A stretch of DNA of 64,000 nucleotides from a virus. The position numbers and the translations under genes were made by a program. This document shows positions 8,475-16,779 of the stretch, one piece after another (within the stretch, counting starts at the first letter, position 1; each line of letters opens with the position of its first letter). The notes under the pieces were generated by a model. That model did no database searches. It was not told where the DNA came from and was given only the letters and a program-made list of their open reading frames with translations. The stretch is taken from positions 1 to 64,000 of IMG/VR virus record IMGVR_UViG_3300036832_000974, one strand, 5' to 3'.

Positions 8475-9089
8475 CTATACGCACACCCCGACTTGCGTAA
8501 TACGTCGCAGCATCGCCCCGGGGCGCAGCTTGGCGGACTGGTAAGCCCATAGAGCCGCCGCATCCCCGGCATTGTGATCGGGAACGTTCCAGCCGAGCTG
8601 CCGACAGCGCCGCATCACCGCTTCCTTGGCGATGGCAGACGGCAGTCGCTTGTGGCCAATGAAGAGGTTGCGAATGTCGCGAACGTCGTGGATGCGGTGG
8701 TCGCGAATGCCGCACTGCTCGGCGGTACCGAGAATGACTGCGGCGAGGCCAAACAGCAGCCACCCTTCCTGCTGCGACTTGAATGCCTTCACCGAGATCG
8801 GCGCTTCAACGGCCACGAGATCGGGTGCGTGATCAGAACGGAAGATCTCGATCGACCAGCGCAACGCGGCGGCGAAGCGTGCCCCGTTGCTGGCGCCATC
8901 CTTGCCGAACTTGATCGAGCCGAACTCGGGGGCGTCGGCTCCGAGCGGACCGCGGGCCCATCCGGTACGGGTCGCTATGTCGAGCGCGATTATATCGATC
9001 AGCTTGACAACCCCAACTTTGCAACCACTTATTGCATAGACGCCCCGGCCCGCCTCTCCTAAAGGCGGACCGGGACTTGACAACAGCAA
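8475..9089 (-). CDS. RuvC-like Holliday junction resolvase (start uncertain)
   Basis: IIALDIATRTGWA, LVAVEAP, HNAGDAAALW acidic catalytic motifs. Confidence 0.82.
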   Translation of the reverse strand: MLLSSPGPPLGEAGRGVYAISGCKVGVVKLIDIIALDIATRTGWARGPLGADAPEFGSIKFGKDGASNGARFAAALRWSIEIFRSDHAPDLVAVEAPISVKAFKSQQEGWLLFGLAAVILGTAEQCGIRDHRIHDVRDIRNLFIGHKRLPSAIAKEAVMRRCRQLGWNVPDHNAGDAAALWAYQSAKLRPGAMLRRITQVGVCV

Positions 9090-9106
9090 CCGCTAGGACG
9101 GCCGCT

Positions 9107-9799
9107 ATGCCCGACAAGACTTCTACCACAACAGCCAAGGTTGTCTCCTTGCCGGTTCGGCTTGTGTGCTCAGCTTGTGGAGCAGACGGCCAAGGATCGT
9201 GCCAATGCGGAGCGCCCTACATTCCAAAGTCCCAGCGGGCCGCCGAGGCCATCGCCGCCAACCCGGAAAAGTCTGACCGCGCCATCGCGGCAGAGATCGG
9301 GGTGAGCCATGAAGCTGTCAGTAAGGTTCGACGTTCAACTGTCAACTTGTTGACAGTTGATGCCAAGCGCACCGGCCGCGATGGCAAGACGCGCAAGGTG
9401 CCAGAACGTGCACAGTCGCAGCGCAAGGCTGGCCCCAAGCCCGGCCAGAAACAACACCAAGCTTCGGTGAACTCACGTCCCGAGGATTGGGAGCGGTTCA
9501 AGGCCGTCGCAGCAAAGGAAGGCATATCGGCTGCCGACAAGCTAGGCCGCTACGTCGAGAGCGTTGCAAACGATCACACAGAAAAAACGGTCAGCATTCA
9601 CGAGCTGATCGAAAAGCTCGTCCCACTGGCAGAGCAAATCCGCGACCAAGGAAAACGACACGCCGCACTTGTCTCACAAGGTGCGCTGGTGATCGTCGCT
9701 TCCGAAATTCGCAGATTGCTGGACAAGTGGGCCGAAGGCGACGCGTCCATTCGTCGGGTTAATGGTCACGTCGTCCCCCCGAAGCACCCGGCAAAATGA
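9107..9799 (+). CDS. Zinc-finger plus HTH DNA-binding protein
   Basis: CSAC...CQCG, NPEKSDRAIAAEIGVSHEAVSKVR HTH, KRTGRDGK motif. Confidence 0.8.
   Translation: MPDKTSTTTAKVVSLPVRLVCSACGADGQGSCQCGAPYIPKSQRAAEAIAANPEKSDRAIAAEIGVSHEAVSKVRRSTVNLLTVDAKRTGRDGKTRKVPERAQSQRKAGPKPGQKQHQASVNSRPEDWERFKAVAAKEGISAADKLGRYVESVANDHTEKTVSIHELIEKLVPLAEQIRDQGKRHAALVSQGALVIVASEIRRLLDKWAEGDASIRRVNGHVVPPKHPAK
9335..9360. repeat. Perfect 12-bp inverted repeat with 2-nt spacer inside the HTH gene
   Basis: TCAACTGTCAAC-TT-GTTGACAGTTGA. Confidence 0.92.
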
Positions 9800-9812
9800 A
9801 AGGACGGTTCCC

Positions 9813-10688
9813 ATGGGAGCCCATTTCAAACTGATCAACAGCGAAACTGTGGACGTCACTCCACAGCTCGCTGCTGATTTCGCAAGCATGGCCGCTTCGC
9901 AAACAGAGCGAGACCTCTCGTCGAAGCGGCTTAACTACCTGAAGGATGCTATCCTCGGCGGCACTGCCATCGCCTTCACGTGGGCGAAGGCAAAGATCGC
10001 CGAGACTGGCGAGACGTACCGAGTCAACGGTCACCATAGTTCGACTATGCTGTCACGTCTTAACGGCGAAATGCCGTCTGGACTAAAGGCACATATCGAC
10101 ACTTACGAGGTGCCTGACAAGGAGTCTCTCGGTCGGCTGTTTCAGCAGATCGATAGTCGCCAGAGCGCCCGCACAATAGCGGACATCTCGGGAGCTTGGC
10201 AAGGACTTCAGGATGATCTTGTGGCGGTGCCAAAAGACGCCGCCCGCAAGGCAATCGAGGGCCATATCTGGTTTCAGAAAAACAAGGTCGGCAACGAGGT
10301 CCCTACCGGGGACAGTCGCTTTTCCTTGTTCTCTGACCAAACCCTGCATCCGTTTATCAAGATGGCGGGCCGGGTGCTGTCCCTCAAGACCCCGGAGTTC
10401 ACCACTCCGGTCGTTGCAGCCATGTTTGGAGCTTTCGAACGTAACCCAGAGGAAGCCGAAAAGTTTTTCGGCGATGTCGCAAAGCAGGGTGGCGGCAACG
10501 ATGCGCATCACCCGGCCAGCGTTCTCGATGCGTGGCTGATCGATGCGCGTGAACAGCGGGAGGATAAGCCAAAAGAGCAAGAGGTCTACTACGCTGCCGC
10601 TTTGGCGTGGAATGCCTTCCGCAACCACAGAGACCTCGACCGCATCCCGAAGTACAACAAGAAAAAGGGCGCACCTGAACTCGACTGA
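9813..10688 (+). CDS. ParB/DGQHR-like N-terminal domain protein
   Basis: VTPQLA...ERDLS.KRL...YRVNGHHS resembles the ParB/Srx (D/N)GxHR motif, with the Arg replaced. Confidence 0.6.
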   Translation: MGAHFKLINSETVDVTPQLAADFASMAASQTERDLSSKRLNYLKDAILGGTAIAFTWAKAKIAETGETYRVNGHHSSTMLSRLNGEMPSGLKAHIDTYEVPDKESLGRLFQQIDSRQSARTIADISGAWQGLQDDLVAVPKDAARKAIEGHIWFQKNKVGNEVPTGDSRFSLFSDQTLHPFIKMAGRVLSLKTPEFTTPVVAAMFGAFERNPEEAEKFFGDVAKQGGGNDAHHPASVLDAWLIDAREQREDKPKEQEVYYAAALAWNAFRNHRDLDRIPKYNKKKGAPELD

Positions 10689-10693
10689 CCTTC

Positions 10694-10915
10694 TCACAAA
10701 TTGAGAAACATCTGCAGATCGTTATCATCCGCCGCCGGTGCCTGTGGTGCCGGCGGCGGTGGCTTTGGTTGCGCCCATGGGGATACCTGCTCGGCCGTGC
10801 GCAAAACCTGCAGGCACTTCCCCATCTCGTCCAGCTCAATACTGCCAGGGGGCAACCAACCAACTTTGGTCAATTGCCCCGGCAATACCAACCCGATCTT
10901 TGGTGTCTTGGTCAT
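10694..10915 (-). CDS. Hypothetical protein
   Basis: ATGA-coupled to the methyltransferase; Pro-rich tail. Confidence 0.55.
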   Translation of the reverse strand: MTKTPKIGLVLPGQLTKVGWLPPGSIELDEMGKCLQVLRTAEQVSPWAQPKPPPPAPQAPAADDNDLQMFLNL

Positions 10916-12048
10916 TCAGCGGCCACCGTATGGTGCTCGACCGGCGCGGGCGCTGGCGGCGGCACTGGCGTTGCCTCAACCGGCGGCGCCGCTGGCGCAG
11001 GCTGGGCCTCGTTACCGTGCGCGTCCCACCCGGGTCGTGCCGGGCCGCGGCGGTTCAGCTCGATCTTTGGCAAATCGGGATAGGACTTCTCGATCATCTC
11101 GATGAACTCGACCGGCTTCTCGCTGTGGGCACCGCGATCGGCGACAATCACCGATGATGGCGCGATCTGAGTGGGCATCGCAGGCTTGCCCTTGGTGCCG
11201 ATCAGCAGCAGCTCGTGCTGATTGCGGGCCCAGTAGCCGGTGCCGATCCGCGTCTTCACCCACACCATGCTGCTGACGTATTCGAACTCCCAAGCGGCCA
11301 TGACGTCGAGCGCATCGTGCAGCATCGGTACCGTTGCCCACAGGTACAGCACGCAATCATCGGCTGCGATCTTCGCCACCGGGATCGCCCGGATCTCTGC
11401 GGTCGTCTGGACGAGATAGTGATTGGCTGCAGCGCGGTCCTGGCCGGTCTCCTCGCCCCACGTCTCGAACTGCCAACCCGGGTCGGCGAGGATCACGCCG
11501 TACTTCTTGTCGGGCAGCGCCGCAATCCGCTTCGCCAGATCTTGCTGCTTCTTGATGCGCGCTGCGGTCTTTGCAGCGTTGCGTTCAGCCTTGGCTTCCT
11601 TGAGGAAGGCCTTGTCACCATCAACCGATGCTGTCGCAAGCCTGATGGCCTCGCTGACCTTCTTCTCGAATTCCTTTTCCGGAATCACCGACATCTTACG
11701 CGCAGCTTTTGCGAGATCCTTGTCGATTTTTCTATCGATCAATTTGGGGGCGGTCGCCCCTTTTTTCGGTCGCCCCTTTTTGGCCCGTTCGTTGGCCTTC
11801 TTCATTTCCTCCATCAACTCACCGATACGGCGGGTCGCTCGCATCTTTACTTCAGTCGCCTCAGCAAGGAGTTCACGATCCTTTGCCTGAAACGAGTACA
11901 CTTCCATCGCGAGTGCCTTGTCACGAATGTTCTTCACCTCATCAACTCGAACTAGGTTCGCCATCGCCTTACGGGCCGCCGAGTATCTCGCCGGTAGCTT
12001 TATTGTTGGCTTCATCCCAGCCTTGTCATACGCAGTCAGTTGTCTCAT
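10912..12048 (-). CDS. MT-A70 family adenine methyltransferase with N-terminal DNA-binding extension
   Basis: YGVILADPGW, HY, LYLWAT, WVK, GTGYWARNQHELLLIG, HSEKP, IEL. Confidence 0.92.
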   Translation of the reverse strand: MRQLTAYDKAGMKPTIKLPARYSAARKAMANLVRVDEVKNIRDKALAMEVYSFQAKDRELLAEATEVKMRATRRIGELMEEMKKANERAKKGRPKKGATAPKLIDRKIDKDLAKAARKMSVIPEKEFEKKVSEAIRLATASVDGDKAFLKEAKAERNAAKTAARIKKQQDLAKRIAALPDKKYGVILADPGWQFETWGEETGQDRAAANHYLVQTTAEIRAIPVAKIAADDCVLYLWATVPMLHDALDVMAAWEFEYVSSMVWVKTRIGTGYWARNQHELLLIGTKGKPAMPTQIAPSSVIVADRGAHSEKPVEFIEMIEKSYPDLPKIELNRRGPARPGWDAHGNEAQPAPAAPPVEATPVPPPAPAPVEHHTVAAE

Positions 12049-12093
12049 GGTGTGGTTTCCCCAATGTTAAAGCCGCAAGAAGAAAGACCCCAA

Positions 12094-12498
12094 ATGGGTA
12101 AGCATTTTGATGCCGAGGCCGCCGAGGAAGGCAAGCGCGAAGGCATGGCCCGAGCAGAACAAGGGTCTGATCTGGATTGGTGGCATGTGATGCTGGCGTG
12201 CATCAAGGCGGTGGCGGAACGCAGGCCGTGGTTCATCTTTGACGCCGTCGAGAAGTATCGGATTGAGCACTATCCGCACCACTTCACACCAGAGAACCGA
12301 GCCCACGGCCCGCTAATGAAAGAAGCGCAGCGCCTTGGCTATTGCGAGCCAACCGACGAATGGCACGAGTCCAAGCAGAGACAGAATCACCGACGTCCGA
12401 TGCGGATGTGGGAAAGCTTGATTTACAAGGGACCCACTCCTCGCGTGCGGCCGCGCCGCCGCCGGATCGATCCGCACCAGTTCGATATGTTCAGTTAA
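12094..12498 (+). CDS. Hypothetical protein in inverted orientation
   Basis: GKREGMARA...RAHGPLMKEAQRLG...NHRRPMRMWESL, a phage-type small DNA-binding-like protein. Confidence 0.65.
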   Translation: MGKHFDAEAAEEGKREGMARAEQGSDLDWWHVMLACIKAVAERRPWFIFDAVEKYRIEHYPHHFTPENRAHGPLMKEAQRLGYCEPTDEWHESKQRQNHRRPMRMWESLIYKGPTPRVRPRRRRIDPHQFDMFS

Positions 12499-12901
12499 CG
12501 GCGGCGAGCTGATCGATCGGGTTTGCCCTTCTCGTCGGCCGTCGGGTCGCACGCTCGCGGGTCTCGCGCTCGACAGCAGCGATGCCGAGCGGCAGATCCT
12601 CCAGCCCCTCGACCGCGGTGACAATCTGATCGTGCGCCGCCATCAGATCAGACTCCAGTTCTCGCCGGTTGGCGTTGAGCTGGCGCTGTAGCTTCAGGGT
12701 CTTGATCGCCCTTTGCATAGCCTCGCGCGGAATACCGTAGTCGGCGGCTTCCTTGATGACGTCTTTGATGTTGTTGCGGTAGCCGCGACATGTGTTCATG
12801 TAGGCGCCCTTCTCGGACTCCATGTCGCGGTAGTAGCTTTCGATCCGCCGCATGAACGGCTCGACCTGCTCGCGGCCGATCTCGTTGGTGGTGTCGACCA
12901 T
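12491..12901 (-). CDS. GapR/DUF2312-like nucleoid-associated protein
   Basis: QVEPFMRRIES....EK......IKDVIKEAADYGIPREAMQRAIK matches the GapR pattern. Confidence 0.65.
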   Translation of the reverse strand: MVDTTNEIGREQVEPFMRRIESYYRDMESEKGAYMNTCRGYRNNIKDVIKEAADYGIPREAMQRAIKTLKLQRQLNANRRELESDLMAAHDQIVTAVEGLEDLPLGIAAVERETRERATRRPTRRANPIDQLAAVN

Positions 12902-12912
12902 GTATTTCCCCC

Positions 12913-13191
12913 TCAATCGCGGAAGATGTCCGGCCGCATCACTTCGCGCTTGATGCCAAATTTACGTTCAAGGCTGGAGCAATGCTCGACCGGGATTCGG
13001 CTCCACTGTAAGACAGCTTGACGCGTGATTCCACCACAAACCTTGCGAACAATGTCGTGATTTTCTGGCGTCTGGAAGAAGATCAGCGCGTCTTTGTGCG
13101 ACTTGATTCGCCTCGGATTCGACATCAGCTCCTCGGGCAAGACCTTCCTTTTGCTCGGGCGGGCCATCAATGGATTCCTTTGCTGCTTCAA
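12913..13191 (-). CDS. Cro/YdaS-like HTH regulator
   Basis: GITRQAVLQWSRIPVEHC..LE...GI....MRPDIF. Confidence 0.85.
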   Translation of the reverse strand: MKQQRNPLMARPSKRKVLPEELMSNPRRIKSHKDALIFFQTPENHDIVRKVCGGITRQAVLQWSRIPVEHCSSLERKFGIKREVMRPDIFRD

Positions 13192-13229
13192 TGACGTTCC
13201 CTGGCACCTACATAGGCATCCACACTTTT

Positions 13230-13279
13230 GTTTGCAACGGCGCCTTGCCAGAAGCTTTTATAAATGCAAGGTTGCAAAC
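13230..13279. promoter_or_regulatory. Symmetric divergent promoter/operator region
   Basis: GTTTGCAAC (13230-13238)/GTTGCAAAC (13271-13279) and CCTTGC/GCAAGG around an AT-rich core, between divergent operons. Confidence 0.55.
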
Positions 13280-13365
13280 CGTGGCCCAGCGCCACTCGGG
13301 CCCGGCCTCTCTCATTTCGTTCCCGGTTGGATTGGTCGGGCCCTGACCATCAGAAGGACATCGCC

Positions 13366-14328
13366 TTGAAATCTGTACCTTGGGACGGCAACCCAATTGC
13401 GCGGGGCGGATGCTATTCGGGCATCACGCTCGATCAGTACCACGCCGATCTCTGCATCGGTCCGTCGACGTCGTCGAGCGCGCTGCGCCAGCTCTACCTC
13501 AAGTCGCCAGCTCACTACTACGACGAGTCCTACCTCAACCCTGACCGCTTCGTCCCCGACGAAGCAAAGATGGACCGCGAGTGGGCAGCACTTGGAAGCG
13601 CAGCCCATCACCTGCTGGTCGGCGGCGTCGGGTCGTTTCAGAATGCGTTTGTGCTGCGGCCGGACCGCGCTCCCGATGGCACCGGAAGACTTTGGAACAT
13701 GAATAACAAGAGCTGTCGAAGCTGGGTCGTCGACCGCCACCGCGAAGGCAAGATCGTTCTGACCAAGGCGCAGCTCGAAACGGCAACGCGGATGTCGACC
13801 AACTTGGGTGCCGAGCCCATTGTCACGAACGGTCTGCTCGATGGACTGGTTGAGCGCAGCTTGGTGTGGCGCGATTCCGAGACCGGCATCTGGCTCAAGG
13901 CAAGGCCGGACGTGCTGCTGCCAGCCTCGGCCGAGGTCGTCGACCTCAAAACGACGCGTTCCACCCAGTTGCCAGATCTCGTCCGCACCACCGATGAGAA
14001 TGCCTACCACATGCAGGCGGCACTGGTTGCCGACGGCATGAAGACGGTCTTCAACCTCAACATGGTCACATTCATTTTGGTGTGGCTCGAAAAACCGCGA
14101 CCGAATTGCGTGCGAATCACCACTATGAGCCAAGACGACATCGAGCGTGGCCGCAGGATGTACCGGGTGGCGCTGCGCACGTTGGCGGACTGCATTGAGA
14201 TGAATTACTGGCCCGGACCGGGCTATGACGCAGATGTTGTGGCTGAACTGAAGTTGTCGGTGGCGGCCCGCGAGCGAATCGATCAAAGGCTAAAGCGCGA
14301 ATATGGACCGAAGCGTGAGGCAGCATGA
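13366..14328 (+). CDS. PD-(D/E)XK exonuclease VIII (RecE/DUF3799-like)
   Basis: YHAD, SSSAL, SPAHY, GSAAH, ERS..W.D..TG..LKARPD, DLKT, YHMQAA; TTG start after AGAAGGA. Confidence 0.88.
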   Translation: MKSVPWDGNPIARGGCYSGITLDQYHADLCIGPSTSSSALRQLYLKSPAHYYDESYLNPDRFVPDEAKMDREWAALGSAAHHLLVGGVGSFQNAFVLRPDRAPDGTGRLWNMNNKSCRSWVVDRHREGKIVLTKAQLETATRMSTNLGAEPIVTNGLLDGLVERSLVWRDSETGIWLKARPDVLLPASAEVVDLKTTRSTQLPDLVRTTDENAYHMQAALVADGMKTVFNLNMVTFILVWLEKPRPNCVRITTMSQDDIERGRRMYRVALRTLADCIEMNYWPGPGYDADVVAELKLSVAARERIDQRLKREYGPKREAA

Positions 14329-14618
14329 GCGATATCATCGTGCTGCAAGAGCCGGAGATCGTCGTGGACTGGACCACCAAGGAACCGGCCCTGCCAGCCG
14401 ATCCGTTCGACATGCTGGCGGGGTGGCCGAATAAAGGACCGACCGCGCTGCTGAGCCTGCGCCGCGGCGATTGCAAATGGCCGATCGGCGATATCCACGA
14501 GCCCGGCTTTCATTTCTGTCGGCAACCCCGGCAGGCGATACCCGGCAAGGACGGCGAACGGATGCTGCCATACTGCCCCGAGCATTGCCGCATAGCCTAT
14601 GGGGGGCGCAAAGGATGA
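14325..14618 (+). CDS. GcrA-like protein, C-terminal DNA-binding domain only
   Basis: LLSL....CKWPIGD....FHFC.....PYCPEHCRIAY. Confidence 0.85.
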   Translation: MSDIIVLQEPEIVVDWTTKEPALPADPFDMLAGWPNKGPTALLSLRRGDCKWPIGDIHEPGFHFCRQPRQAIPGKDGERMLPYCPEHCRIAYGGRKG

Positions 14619-14791
14619 CCTTCAAGCTTGACGAGGCTTTGACCAAGCTGCGGGCCGATTACAACTGGCGGTCACCCCATGGCAAGGCGCAGCGCTCGCT
14701 CGTCATCGAGCGCCAGCTCGCCCGGCTAATCCTTATGAAGTTCGAGCCAGATCGCGCTGACCCCAACGACAAGGAATTCAACGATGGGTAG
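14615..14791 (+). CDS. Hypothetical protein
   Basis: ATGA coupling. Confidence 0.55.
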   Translation: MTFKLDEALTKLRADYNWRSPHGKAQRSLVIERQLARLILMKFEPDRADPNDKEFNDG

Positions 14792-14990
14792 CCCAGCGGA
14801 AGCCGAGGAATTGACTCTCCAACTGATCGAATGGATGCGCGGGAAAGAGTTAGCCAACATCATTCCTGCCTTGGTCGTGACAGCCGCCAAGGCAGCGGTT
14901 TACGCAGACGTGCCGCTCGGCCACCTCATCGCGCTAATAGACGCGGTTTATAAAGACGAAACGGGGCGCCGCAGCGCCAAAGGAAATTGA
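14784..14990 (+). CDS. Hypothetical protein
   Basis: AAGGA RBS, operon continuity. Confidence 0.55.
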   Translation: MGSPAEAEELTLQLIEWMRGKELANIIPALVVTAAKAAVYADVPLGHLIALIDAVYKDETGRRSAKGN

Positions 14991-14993
14991 ACG

Positions 14994-15998
14994 ATGACCG
15001 ACGAATACAATCAAGATCCCAGCATTGAACGGCGCCCGCCGCCGCGCACCGCCGAGGACCGCGAGCAGCACCGAGTAAACCTGCTGGAACAGAGCCTCGA
15101 CACCGAGCGCATTCGCGCCATCACCGTTCCCACGAGCGGCAACATCGGCGCGCTGCTGCCAACCAACGCTTTGCAGGCGGCGGATTGGGCAAAGATGATG
15201 GCAGTGAGCGGCTCGATGGTTCCGCCATTCCTGCGCGGCAATGCCGGTGGCTGCCTTGGTATCGTTTTGAAGGCGTGCCGCCTGATGATGGATCCGTTCG
15301 AGGTCGCGAACTGGGCATATGAGGTCGAACAATCGATCAAGGGATCGGATGATAAATACTACAAGGTCAGAAGCGTCGCCTACATGTCCGGATTCTACAA
15401 CGCTGTGATTCTGTCGCGCGCGCCGATCAAGGGGCGGCCACGCTATACGTATTCTGGCGAAGGGGATCAGCGTCGCTGCACAGTCTCGATCCTCATCCGC
15501 GGCGAGACCGAGCGAACCGAGATGACCACCAACACGTTGGGGGCGCTGCGGCCGGCCGCAAACGATCGAGGACAAACGCGCGGCTCGCCGCTATGGGTGA
15601 AAAAGCCGGATCAGCAGCTCGCCTACAACGTGATTCGCGACCTCGCCAAGCTGTATTTCCCCGACGTCGTCGCAGGCATCATGACCATAGAAGATCTGGA
15701 AGAGACGTTTGATGAGCCGGTCGACGTGACTCCACCGCCACTAGCGCCATCGCCGCAGCCGGAGCCTGAGCCGCAGCCGGAGACATCATCGCTGATCTCG
15801 CGGCTGCGCCCGCGCGCCACCGGCGAGGGATTCAATCACGCCAAGGAAAAGATCGAGGCCGAGATCGCCATGGCTGTGGCAGCCGCCGAAGAGGCTGGTC
15901 GCAAGAAGGAGGATGCAGGCGCCGCCCAAGCAACGGCGCCTGAGCAGGTGACGGACGATTCGGCTGCCGGGTCGTCCGTCACCGACAGGCTTCTATAA
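14994..15998 (+). CDS. RecT/Red-beta-like single-strand annealing protein
   Basis: VPPFLRGN...C......MDPFEVA, SPLW...PDQQLAY...R..A..YFPDV..GI; near RecE-like gene. Confidence 0.8.
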   Translation: MTDEYNQDPSIERRPPPRTAEDREQHRVNLLEQSLDTERIRAITVPTSGNIGALLPTNALQAADWAKMMAVSGSMVPPFLRGNAGGCLGIVLKACRLMMDPFEVANWAYEVEQSIKGSDDKYYKVRSVAYMSGFYNAVILSRAPIKGRPRYTYSGEGDQRRCTVSILIRGETERTEMTTNTLGALRPAANDRGQTRGSPLWVKKPDQQLAYNVIRDLAKLYFPDVVAGIMTIEDLEETFDEPVDVTPPPLAPSPQPEPEPQPETSSLISRLRPRATGEGFNHAKEKIEAEIAMAVAAAEEAGRKKEDAGAAQATAPEQVTDDSAAGSSVTDRLL

Positions 15999-16008
15999 AA
16001 ATACGGGA

Positions 16009-16449
16009 GTGACCATGAGCATGTTTGGCAAGGACGCGCCGCTGCCGCCGCGACAGATCAGAGCTGGGCGCCCGGATGGTAGCGTTCCGCTGGCGCATCC
16101 ACGCGATCTCGATCCCGATCCGCTGGCGCCGCTCGAAGATGCGCTGCGAACGCGGGCCGCAGAAATCAACAATCAGAAGGAGGAAACCACCGTGGCAACC
16201 GACATGATGCCGCGCAACGAGCGCCTCAATCCAGCGGTCTATCCAACACGAACGTCCACCGACTCGGAATTTAAGTTCGAGTTGAGCGGCGGGACGCTGC
16301 GCCTCACGGCCACTGCCATCAATGCCGACGATGTTCAGCACATCATCGAGGTGCTCAAGGCGCACGTGTCGTTCTTCACCGCCAAGTCGCCCACCCTCGG
16401 CGCGCCGACACTGCGTGAGAACCCGCGCAAGGAATCGCCCAATGCTTGA
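16009..16449 (+). CDS. Hypothetical protein
   Basis: ORF track, operon continuity. Confidence 0.55.
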   Translation: MTMSMFGKDAPLPPRQIRAGRPDGSVPLAHPRDLDPDPLAPLEDALRTRAAEINNQKEETTVATDMMPRNERLNPAVYPTRTSTDSEFKFELSGGTLRLTATAINADDVQHIIEVLKAHVSFFTAKSPTLGAPTLRENPRKESPNA

Positions 16450-16603
16450 CGCAAGAGCCCTGGTGGCCATCGACGATCACTGGAAATCGCTCGACCGGCA
16501 CAGTGATCCGCATTGCCACACGTGGCAAACCGGGCGCCACATCGACACGCTGGCAAGGGATGGGCCGGAGCGTCCGCGTGAAACCCCGCGCAAGGAGTCG
16601 CCC
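16413..16603 (+). repeat. 28-bp direct repeat (25/28) at 16413-16440 and 16576-16603
   Basis: GCGTGAGAACCCGCGCAAGGAATCGCCC vs GCGTGAAACCCCGCGCAAGGAGTCGCCC; both contain the AAGGA RBS. Confidence 0.8.
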
Positions 16604-16624
16604 TGGTGTCAGATGCAAACTTAG
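16442..16624 (+). CDS. Small hypothetical protein between the direct repeats
   Basis: ATG just after first repeat; ends RETPRKESP, like RENPRKESP of the upstream gene. Confidence 0.4.
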   Translation: MLDARALVAIDDHWKSLDRHSDPHCHTWQTGRHIDTLARDGPERPRETPRKESPWCQMQT

Positions 16625-16779
16625 CAGCGATCGCCCGCGATCTGGCGAAGGCGCTCACCAAGTATGCGCGCGAGCGCGATCCTATGGTGCAGAAAGATAT
16701 TGCGCGGCTGCATACCGAGCTGTGTGCGGCCTACCGCGATGAACTGGCGGATACCGCATCAGAGCCGGAGAAACCATGA
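16606..16779 (+). CDS. Small hypothetical protein (not in ORF track)
   Basis: GTG after AAGGAG; VSDANLAAIARDLAKALTKYARERD...; ATGA-coupled to next gene. Confidence 0.6.
   Translation: MSDANLAAIARDLAKALTKYARERDPMVQKDIARLHTELCAAYRDELADTASEPEKP

Noticed and set aside
9018-9026. TTTGCAACC matching the 13230/13271 half-site as a shared operator
   Set aside because: The motif is short and also occurs in coding regions (near 7050, 9565, 31905), so it is not distinguishable from chance
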